The notes below the pieces were generated by a model that was given only the letters and a program-made list of their open reading frames with translations, had not been told where the DNA came from and searched no databases. A stretch of DNA of 64,000 bases from Monocercomonoides exilis PA203 (lineage: Eukaryota; Protista; Preaxostyla), in assembly GCA_001643675.2 (NCBI GenBank), contig LSRY02000006.1:434001-498000 (forward strand). Direction: 5' to 3'. Positions 45,501 to 57,500 of this stretch are shown here, one piece after another (within the stretch, counting starts at the first letter, position 1; the number at the start of each line of letters is the position of its first letter). The position numbers and the translations under genes were made by a program.

Positions 45501-48500
45501 TTTTCGCAAATAAACGTAATGCATCATCTGAAACACAGCATTTTCACAGTGATGATGCAATAAACTATTTATCAATACCAATATCTTCTTCAATGACTTC
45601 GAATCAACTATCAGCAGACAAACAATCACTTATTTTATCTGAAGATTGCGAAGAGTGTATTTTCATTCTTCCATTAAGTCTTCTTTCACAAACTTTATCT
45701 TCAACAATTCTGAACCCCGAATTCGCAAAATGGTTTAACAATAAGAACGACAACATCCAATTATCACAATTTATCAACAAATCTTTTGTTAATTCGTCCA
45801 ACGACATTTTCTCAGAGAGTGCAACTGCTCAGAAAGATGAGCATCCTGTAAAATCTGATCCAGACGGGTTGCTGTTCCCATCATCAACAAGTACTTCTTC
45901 GTTGTCTTTTTCAACCACTTTGGAGAGTAAATCGCAAACACCATTGCGAAACTCTTCCACCCTTTCAAATGGATATGATTTGATGCAAAATAAATTCGGA
46001 AAATCTTCTTCGACATCCACAACAGTTGCATGCTTACTCGATTCAATTCTCAGTGTGAATCCAGAACTTCTGTCATTGCAGTCAATCAACTGGGATACGA
46101 TTGTTCTTGATCTTCATCATCGACTACAGGAACTCTCTATCAATGCATCAGTTCAGATTCCATCTATTCCACAGCTTGAGACTCGAATGAAATGCATTCA
46201 AAAAATCAAAGCACACAATTTGCCATTTGAAAACAACAATGATGCAAATAGTTCATCATTTGCTCAAAGCAATTTTAATGAAATTATTTCTCAATTTGAC
46301 TCAATAATCTCCGAAGCTGCACTTGTCCATCCCTTTTTAGCTCTCACAAAATCTCAGCAGCGTATTATCATTCTTCGACAGTCGCTTTCTGCTTTGTCTG
46401 TGTCGAGCTTCCATCTTCTTCGAGGAGAGAAAATTCCTCGATGCATTTATCAATCAATGAAGAATGCGAATCCTTTAACAACAAAAGAAAAATATTCAAT
46501 TTTTCCAAAAGAATACTCTTTTAATGCATTAAATTCTTTTTCTTCAATTAAAAGAAAGCTGAAGCGATATTCTGTTGCTTCTTCCAACAACTCCAGCGAA
46601 AATGAACCAACAAAAATTGTTCCTCCATCATTTTTCAACAAATCTGAGTCTCTTTCTGCTCTATCATCATTGTGCTCTATTTTCTCACTGCTTCTTCTTC
46701 TCAGACCTTCTGCTGTGGTTGTCTCAAAGATGACACAGCAGCCAATCATAACAGCCAGACTCACACAATTTTCCAATGGCCCTCTTCACAAGCGATCTTT
46801 TCCAAAACTTAACTTGAATTATTTGAGACATGCAGAAAATTTAAGAGAATACAAATCACACGGAAGAGCATTTCAAATGAAGAAAGATCCTAAACTCCAG
46901 CTTCGCATTAGAGGACAGATTCCTGGGCCATTAGGAATCGTTACAGACAACTGGAAGCTTAGCAAGCAGCTTTTGCTACAGTCTCGAAAGGGAAGAAATA
47001 CATTCCACAATCAAAACAGAACTGTAACTCGACTTTATACTGATGGTAATGGATCGATACAAAAAGTTATCAAACAAAATCGAATTAAATCAGCTGGAAA
47101 TGACAGATCAACTTCAGATGATTCGCAAAAGCAGGTTGCATCTTCCCCAGCGAATAATTCTTTGAATTCTTTATCAACCAGCAAGACATCGCAAAATCAG
47201 CAAACTGGGAATGTGAATAATATTTCTTTATTTGGAAAACAATTACATGATTCTCCAAAAGTTGTGTCATCGTCAAGTTATCAAGTGAATGAAAACAGTT
47301 ATGACAGAACTTTGAATACACTGAAAAAGAAAGCTGCTTTTCTTTCTCGGTTTATCACTGTTGATGCATCACAAATAATGCTGATGTTGATGCCATTTAT
47401 TCTCAAACGACGATGGGAGGATGTAGAGTCACAGATTGTGAATCCAACTCAAGCATTCTCTTCAGCTGCATCATTTCCTCAATCATCAACTTCATTTGAT
47501 TCATTGGCAAACAGCTCCCCTGTTCGCCCTATTCGCAATACAGCTGGACAGGTTTCTGCAAGTTGTAATGAAGTTCAATGCTTGGCCAAGTCAAACGAGA
47601 ATTTATTTTCAAGAACTGAAAATTCTCATCTATTAACATCGCATTTTAACACTCATAAGTCTGCATTAACATTCCATTTATTTCGTACTCCTTTGAGCGA
47701 TTCACAGAAAGAGCGTTATTTGAATGAGTTGCAATTTTTTGAGAGAAAGATTCTGCCTTCACTGAATGAATATACCACTCAATGCAGAAACGCTGAGGAA
47801 TTCAACAGAAACAATGGAAATGAATGTCAAAACAGTTTGTGTGCAATTGATAATAAAGCCAACTCAACAAACAATTCTTGCACAAAGACAAAGAAATCAT
47901 CAATTTCTTTTTCTGACGCATTGCAAAAAGAAAGGGACTTGCTTGCATCTGTTGTGACAACTCAATCACGTCTTCATGCAATCACAGTCACTGGATTTCC
48001 TTCGTTTATTCCTCAGTCTCAAGCAGATACATCTTTTCCAAGGAAAACTCGTCCAATGTCTTTTTTAATGCCTTCTCAATTTTATTTTTATCAGCCTTTT
48101 TTCGATTTGACAAAGAACAATTTAGATACATCCATTGCTTCAGATTTGCGAAGGAAGATTTCAAGCGTTCCGGTCATCTTTCCATATCTTTCTGCTCAAT
48201 GCGATGAAGTCAGCATTTTTCAGTCAAATGTTTCTCATCCATCAAACCAATCAGTTTTTTCTATCAAATCTCTCAGCATTCTCCAAACTGCTTTGTGTCA
48301 TTGCAACAACAACTTTAATTTATCTTCAGAATCGTCATCCCCCCTCCGCATCCCTTTCCATGCACGCAGCGCAATGAAAAAGCTTCTTCTTTTTCTTCCT
48401 TCAGCACTTCGGTCTCTTCTCACTCTGACTTCAAGGGATCTTGCCAGTACTGCATGGGAACATGGAATGTCTTATCTCTATTCAGTTTTTTCATTTATTC

Positions 48501-51500
48501 CACAAGCTGCACCAACACACAATTTATCACATAGAATCACAGAGCTTAATTCAAATTTGGAAGAAGATGATCAGTTGGATGACAGTCGAATGGACTCTGA
48601 AGACGACGAACAAAATGAATCAAAGGAAGATGAAGAAGAATTTGTTTATGTGGAAGACAAAATTGATGATCACTTCGTCTGTTTCAAAAAAACCAGAGCG
48701 ATGGATATTGATTATGAGATAAGCACGAACAAAGAAAATTCACGATCATCATCAAAAGAAAATGGAGATTCATCCAACGAGTCAATTGCAATGGAGATTG
48801 ATGAAGAGGAAGTTAATGAAAGCAATTCGACAACAGATGAACTTGAGCTTGAAATGAGCAGATTATCAAGGACACAACAAAAGCGAAGTATCGTTTCTCA
48901 CAACACTTCTTGTGTGACTTCAACAATTCTTTCTCCAATTTTTGGATTGGATTGTTTGAGGGTGATGATGTTGCCTTCACAACCGATTAGCTTACTTCCT
49001 CATTTTGATAACAACTCTTTTGAACGCGTTATTCAATGTTCTGACGAATACATTGAAACATCTTCTCAATTAAAAGGCTTGCCCAAAGTTAGGGATATGT
49101 CAGGAATATCATCATTCGGTCTTTCTTCATCTGCACATCCATTCAATTCACATATTTCCTCACTTGTTTTTGGGCATCCAGTTTCATCTTCCATTCGCAT
49201 TTCTCAGTCAGAGCCAGCAGGATCAAATTCAAAGAAATCTGGCTCTGGTCAATCAAAAAATGAAAAGTCAAAACAATCTCAGAATGAAAAATCAGAAAAG
49301 AAATCCAAAAAAGTTGGCTTTTTCATGGGAGGATGGAAGAAATCACCAAGTGAGAATCAAGAAAAAGATATTCCTGATGTTCATGGAAACTCAAATTTCC
49401 ATTCGCAAACAGAACGTTCAGCCTCATATATTCAATATATTGACAAGATCAACAATCACTCATTATCTACAATCAATCCTTTATTCACAATATCTCAATT
49501 GAAACTATTCAACTTGTTTAAATCTCCTATTCTTCTCAGTGCATTTTGCGCTGATGAAGGAGTGCAATCTCTTCATCATCTTAATCTTTTGTTGAACAAA
49601 AGAGAACAATTAGAGAGTTATTCTTTTGAACATTCTGGCAATTCCTCAACACAAAAATCATCATTTGCTTCGCACAATCAGAAACATAAATCAAATCAAA
49701 TTGCTGAAGTCACACCTTCAAATGCTCATCATTCATTCTTTAAGAATTCGTTCGCAATGAATTCCTATGAACCTCTGCGGTTTAATTTTTCAATTTCAGA
49801 AATATCTCACAATCACGAACTGTTCTTGAAAGAAACACAACTTGAATCATCAGAATTATTTTCCTCAGTTAACGATACATCCAATAAAATCGAAAGAAAA
49901 ACGGATTCTTATGGAGTTTACAGCTCACAAACTTTACCACAAAATTCAAAGTCCGTTAAATTGTCAAGCAGTCCGCAAAAACGCAAAAATTCAGATTCTC
50001 AAAGAGAAGTTGAAAAATCAGATAAAAGCCCAGAAATTTCTAATAAATACCAAAATCAGCTGAATATAAGGCGCTTTTTACAGCCTTCTTCAGCATTGCT
50101 CCCATTCTTTTCTCGAAATCGGAATTCTTCTCCAAACTCTGCTTTGTTTGCAGCCTCGACAAAACTGCAATCGTTGTACACACTTTTGCACTCATGTTGT
50201 GGTTTTAAGGAGAATTCTTTGATATTTTCGAATGTTCCTCTTTCTCCTGCTTCTTCATCAAAAACTATTCATACAATTAATTCGTCAATTAATAATAATA
50301 AAACAAATCTTTCAACTTCTTCAAAGCAGCAATCTCGAGTTCTTGTGTTAACATCAACAGATGCTTCATTTGAACTTGTGTCATCTTTTTTGACAGCTGT
50401 GAATATTCCGTTTTATCAGTTTTTTCCGTCAAGCTATTTCAGCCAAAGTGAAAGCTCATCAAATAAGTCTTCTCATATGAACTCTATAAAGATGGATGTT
50501 GATTCAGAGAATGAAACAATACACGCTAACAACACATCTTCAATGACGAACTCCGAAATGGCTCAACAAAATGAATGGATTTTGTCTCATGCAGATCGTT
50601 TGGAATCATTTGTGTTACTTTGCTCTCTAAATTCTTTCGAAGACGAGCTTCAACTCGAAAGCACAACTCATAAAAATCTTGTTTCTGTTTCACTTTTCAC
50701 CACGTTTTCCAACACAACACCAGAGATGCTCTTCCATTTACAGAAAAACAGCCGTGTTTCTGCAGATGCATCTCGATCTTCTGTTATCCCCACGTATTTT
50801 CTTGAAGGTCTTCATCTTTCAGCTGCAATTGTGTTTGATCAGCCTCCATCACCTGAAGCACTTCTGAGATCATATGCATGCTCACCAGTTGTGCATAGAG
50901 AGGTTCCAACATTCAAAAACTTAACTATTTCTGGTCAGATTTCATCGAAAGATGAAAATAACTCAAATGCTGAAACGAAGTCATCATATTCTCTTATTTC
51001 TTCTTCTGGCAATGAAATTGCATCGTTAACAACGTGCAATCCTCCTTCCATTATCAATGCTCGAATTGCAAACCTTTTCAAGCGTTTGTGCTGGACACAG
51101 TGCAAATTAATTGATGAGCAATCTTCTTCTACTGATCAAGTTTCTCAAGATGATGTGAATCAAGGGATGAGCATCTTTGTGATTGTAGCATCAGACACTT
51201 TGGAAGAAGGAGTTAATCCATTGATTCAAAGCAAATCTGGAAAGCTGCAATTGGAACAGGATTCATCAAAATCTTCATTGCTCCATGCTCTGAATGCAAG
51301 AGATTGCCCCAAAGACAAGTTGATTCAAACACACAAGTTATTATCACAGCGATGCTTTAACTCTTCAAATTCTACAGATACTGTTCTGTCTCGAACATTC
51401 AGAACTTTGTCATCAACAGTTGCATCGACTTCGTATTTTCATTCGTTTTTCGCTCATTCTTTTGATTCTCTTGCTCGTTTAGAGAGAAATGGATGCTTTA

Positions 51501-54500
51501 ATCCAATAATGCATATTGGTCACTATTCATCTTTCCCATGCACTAACTCAGCTATGCTAACTCCATTGCAAATTAAGAATAACAACATTCTCCGTTTCAT
51601 TCAAATGTCATTTTATGCATCCATTTTCTATTCCACGTTCCAGTTCCTATCAAGGACACATCATCCTTTGGTCACTCTACACGAAGTGTTTAATGGAAGA
51701 TCACTTTTATCGACTTCTTATTTATCCCAGCCGCTGAGGCCATTAAACTCTGTAAACATCACACGGCCAATGTCAACATTCGATTTAGCATCTCTTGCAC
51801 TTGCCAATCCATCTTTGAGAACAAACTTTTCTGTTAATGCTTTATCACAGACAGCGCATTCAATTTATTTGATGAAAAAGTCTTTGCGTTCACAGCTTGC
51901 GCTTCAGATTGCTCGAATTGTTTTCTTTTTCATGAACCCTGATGAGTCAGCAAAAACAGATATATGCGCTCCAAAGACGAAACAAGAACTGCCAACTGTG
52001 CTGAACTCAAAAGAAAAGCAAAGCAAGTTGACAAAAGTGGACAAATTAGATATTATTGAAAAGTTAAATGAAAAGCAAGGCTCGCAAATGAATTCAAATA
52101 ATGGAGATATAATTCAAAATTCCGATTCAATCTTTTCATATCTTAGCATCTCCCAGTTTATAGGAGCAGCAACTGCAATTTCAATAGCTACGCAATTCGT
52201 AACATTTCTTTCTGACAATTTCTTGCACTCAGATTCTTCAAATAGCTCTTCACAATTAATATTGTCTCCTATTTCTCCATCAAAGTTTGCCTCTGCTGTA
52301 AATGTCTCTGTCACTCCTTCATCAATTCATTCAATTGCAAAGTTCTTCTCATTCAATCCAAAGCAGAATCTAAATTTGGCTTCGTTGGATGTTCATCGCT
52401 CCATGGAATTTGTGTTTCATAACTCGGACGCTCTTTCAGCAAAGAGAATTGGAAAGCATTTGAAGGGTGGTTGTACAGCAAATCAAGAAAGTATTGTTTC
52501 ACTTGAAGTTAATCCTTTGTCTTCGGCTCCTTCAATTAAACATGGAATCAATAGCGATATTATCTGCTCAAAAGAAATCAATCCAAATAGCTTTTCTCCC
52601 CTTATTCAGTCTCCAAAAAGTGCTTCTGATGAATTAAAGACACAGTTAAATAGCTCAGTGAACGTTGAAAACGAATTAATTTCTGATTTTAAACAGATGC
52701 TTAATCGAGGAAGAGTGGAACTTGAATCGTCTAAGCATTCTATTTCTGAAATTTTATCAACTGCTTCACAATTTGTTCCATTTAGTGAAGGAGCAAAGCC
52801 TGCGAACAAACCTCTGCCTCTTTCTCTTCTTCCTCCTTCGTTCACTCGGCGTTTGTCAGCCTCTCAGAAAATGGCTGGTTTCATCAACAATCGGTTGATA
52901 TGCTCTCTTGAAACGAAACTGAAACAGCTTGCAATTTCAAAAGTTGCATTGTTGAATGAAAACCAGACTAAGCATAAGAACATCAATTCTGCTGATTCTT
53001 CTCAGATTCAAGAGCCACAGCATGCTAATGATTCTGAAACATCTTCATCTCCATCAAATATGGAATTGGATGATAAGACGAAATTTTCAACAACAGAAAC
53101 ACAACCAAATGGAATGATAGCAGACAATGAATCTTTACAAGCATCAGGCCAACCATCAACTCAATCATCAACAGAACAATCAACTTCGTCGAACTTGATT
53201 AATCCAATAAGCCAAGATAACAACTTACCTACTGCTTCATCCAATTTAAATTCCGATTCTTCTGTTGTAACTTCTGATGCAGCCGCGCAGCCACAGAATC
53301 AACAGCCTTCAGAGACATCTTCTTTGAACAGCGACTCCAGCAATCACAACACAGAGACGGATGATCCTTTTTCAAGTGATGAGCAGCCAACTGATTCGTT
53401 GAAAGAAGAAAAAGATGCAAACAAAGCATCTTCAGAAAGTGTTGAACCAGCTGCTTCTTTGGATGTGAAAGACATTCAAAAAGTGATACCAAATGAAAAT
53501 GCAATTTCTCAAGATGAGCTGAGGAAGCTGTACGAAGCAATTCTTACCATTCATCATTCTGTTGAAGCATGGAGACAGTATTTCTTCGTCAATCCACCTG
53601 AAATTTCATTCAATCACAGGCATACTAATTCTTCTGAAAACAACAATTTCAGTGGACAGTTAAATCATTCAAGAAAAATGCACAGACTTTCTGTTTCTCC
53701 ATATGCAAGTGCACCTCAAAGGTATCTTCTTGAGAAGAGCATACAATTTGTGGGAGAATCATCGCTTTTCGTTGGATCAGTTGAAAGAGGATTATCACAT
53801 CTTTCAATCAAACAAAAGAGGCCTGTAAGAAAATCTGAAATTTTGGAGCAAAAAGAACAAGAAAATGAACTGAAAAGACAACAAAAGCAAAGTTATCAAC
53901 GAGTTCTTCAGCAAAAGGAGTATAAGATGAGTTCATTTGAATTGCAAGATTTGCCTTCTGATTCTGATGATTCATTGTGGGACGAAGCAATTACAGACAG
54001 AGCAAACAACAACGGAATTGTCAAGCGACTCTCTCGTTTGTCTTTAACACCTGAACTTCTGATGAATACAGCAGACAAAGAGAACGTACTTCATTTCTCT
54101 GCCTCAACTCCTTTATCCTTGTTTATCCTTCCTGTTCTTTTGCCTTCCTCTCTGCTGATTGGCAGCAACCTCCGCCTCTCATCCCTTGACGAGGTTCCCA
54201 AGCGCCGTGCTCAGCTGTCAATGATCGTTCTTAAGCGCCTTCAAGAAGTGAAAGCGAAAGGCGAAGACGCTCTTCGTAGTTTAATTGCAGCACATCCAGC
54301 GTCAAGGTCAAAGCAGCAGCCTGGAGCTATTTCAATGGATGCTCTGCTGTCTATAAACTCAGAAAACAAGAAGGTTGCTCGACTGGCCGAAAAAATGAAG
54401 ACAAAAATGATTGAAATACAGACGCAAGCGTTTATTGCAAGGGAATCGAGGAAAGAGAATGCAATGAGGCAGCAAATGAAGGAGAAAATGAAGAAGCAAA

Positions 54501-57500
54501 GCAGAGTTGATCGAAACAAGCTGGTCAAACAGCGATCGAGCAGAAGACTGCGAGAAATAGAGAACTATGTGGCCCCTTGGTCGGATGTGTTGAACGAATT
54601 TAACCGGAAAAGCAGCAAGCAAAAGAAGATGTCTCCACATTGCTTTGTGTTCAAGTCACTTCTTCAGCACTTCAACGCATCTGAACTTCAACTGCAGATT
54701 ATTCTGATTTATTATTCAGCTCTTTATTCAGATTCTGCTGCCAAGCGCAGTCTATTCCATCCAAAGGCTTCGCATCCACAGTCATCGAAGTTCAATGCAA
54801 GCAATGGAAGATCTGCTTTATCGCCTTCTTCGCCATCTGCTTCAAATAGTCTGATTGTTTATTCTCCTGCTTCCTCCTCTTCTTCTCCTTATTCAGCGGC
54901 TGTCACATCCTCTAATTTGATGTCAAATCAAAAGAATTTTGAGCTCTCTGCCAAAAACATGTCAAAATTGCTGCGATTCGTCGAATGGTGCTTCTCAAAG
55001 AAGTACAACCCCCATCTTTCAATGATTTGGAGGACAAGAGTAAGGGATGCTATCACAGAACTGAACAAAAAACCGCCTGTGATGCTGTTTTTGGATCATC
55101 CGGATGTTCTGGAAGTGCTTGTTGAACTGATAATGGAAAAGGACGAGGCAGAAAAGAGAGAGAAAGAGATGAGCAACGACAAAAAGACTAAAAGAGACTC
55201 AAATCAGCGTTTCTCTTCTCGTTCTACTTCTCCTTCTCCGTCTGCAACAACATCACCTTCATCTTCTGTTATCTCTCCTTCGAACACATTCTCCTCTCAA
55301 AATGGTTCATCAACTTATTCTCAAAGATCTCACACTCCATCACCTCCGTCTTCATCCACATCTCTTCCTTCATCTGAAACAGCACTCCTTTCAGACAGCC
55401 TCTGGACAGTTAGCAACATCCCTGCCAACTTCACGCAAACAGCCAATCCACTCACTGACTTCTCTGGAGTTCCTGGTCTCTACGTCAAAAGAGCATCACA
55501 GCAAAACCAGTTGAAGTCTAGTCAAATGACTTCGCTGCATTCAACAGGCAGTTCATATCTGCACCCGGCAACGAGATTGTCAGGACAGCCTTTCTCGTTG
55601 GAGAGTGGATCAGCTTTATCTTATTCATCTCGGTATTCGTCAGGAAATAATTCATTGGCATCTGCTTCATCAACATCAGCCATGCTGAAAAGCCTTCCTT
55701 CTTCATCTTCCCTCACAACGCAGCTGTCTTCCATGCTTACCACTCCTCTTTCCTGCGCCATCATTCAATCAGCAACAGCCTCACAAGTTCATCTTGCTTC
55801 ACCTTCCACACATCATTTGTCTTCAAAGTATCACTACGCCATCTCAAATTTCAACAACCTGATTGCAAAGAGAAGAGCAGACGGACACGCTGCTCCTGTT
55901 TTGTCTGAGCCAGGCGACTATCCATTTGTTGCATCGCGTGTGCAGACACGAACAGGCGGAAGACGCACTCAGCAGGCTGTTGCTGCAGTTGCTGCATTGG
56001 CTGCGTCTTCTTCGTACTCTGTGGAAAGCGCCCAGAGATCGCTGGAGCTTCCAGCGTATCCTGCTGCTGCATCTGTGCCTATTAATTCGTCTGGCAATTA
56101 TGCAAGAGGCAATTCTTCAGCACTTTATTCAACAACAGCCACTTCTCCTGTACCTTCTGCACCATCAATTTCTCCCATGTCATCTTTGAGCGGTGCCACT
56201 TCAGCATCTGTCACTCCATCATTTGTGTCTGCACCTTTTTCACTTTCAACGTCGCCTGATCCAAATGCTGCTGATTCTTCATTATCTCCCTCATCTTCTG
56301 GCCTGTATGAAGACCAGTGTGATCCTCTATCTTATCGCAGTGGTTTAGCCCAGGCTATTAACACAGCCATCCGAGCAGCAAACAGCAGAATCAAAGAAGA
56401 AATGGAGCGATGTGGCATTTCTGAACCTTCTCTGCTGAATGAAGAGAATCCATTTGCGTATTCTTCTTCTTCTTCTGCATATGAAGCAAATGCACAAAAC
56501 AGAGCATTTGTACCGTCTTTGGAAGCTTCGACAAGAAATCATGAAGGAAATAACAATACTTGGCAAAACAACAGAAGTGGTTCTTTGAATCAATACTGTT
56601 TGGGATATGTTAATTCCTCAATGCTCAAAGGGTTTGGATTGGGTATTGATGAAGAAGATGAAGAAGACGAATATGATATTGATGATGAAGACGAAGAGGA
56701 AGATGATGAAGATGAAGATGAAGAGGAGGAAGATGAAGAAGAAAATGATGAAGCGAATGACTTCTTTGATAATAACAAGAATGATATTTCTCAAACAAAG
56801 AAAAATGGAAAATTTGGAGAGCAAAGCATTCAAATGGAAGAGGACGTCAAAATTGCATTGCCTCAGAAAACAGAAGAAGGAAATGTTTCAGTGAAATCAG
56901 AGTTCAATTCAGCTGTTTCTTCACCATTTGCGTCAACTTCTCTTTCAATTGCACCTTCTGCATCCAGCAAGGTTTCTATTCCTTCTCCTTCTTCAATCTC
57001 CTCTAAGTTTGCTTCTCCTTTATCCCCATCTGAGCTGAGGCGCCTGATGCACACCGTCCCCTCTCCTTCTCGCATGCTTTCTTTGGGAGATCATCTGCTT
57101 CTTCCTCAGTTCGCATACATATTTTCGCGCGAGCAGCATCTTTTGCATGAAATGTACAGCAAAACAGCACCAGCTCCAAAGGACGAACACACAAACAGTC
57201 CAAAGGAAATGCCAAAGTTTGCTGTTCCGCCGTTGAATTCATCATCGATTCGCTTTGTGGACGATGCATCTGTATTCACATCTTCGTTACTGCTCGACCA
57301 GAAGTCCTCAAATGGTTCAAATGTCAAATCTTCGAATTCAAAGCACAAAAGCATAAATGCATCCTCTTCTCAGTTAATTTCCCACTCTCATTACCAAGCC
57401 CTCTTTTCAGACCCCAACTCACCTTCTTTGGACTCTTCTTCTTCCTCCTCTTCTTCTTCCTCTGATTCATCTCCCAGTGCATCCTCAACACCTGTTGCAT

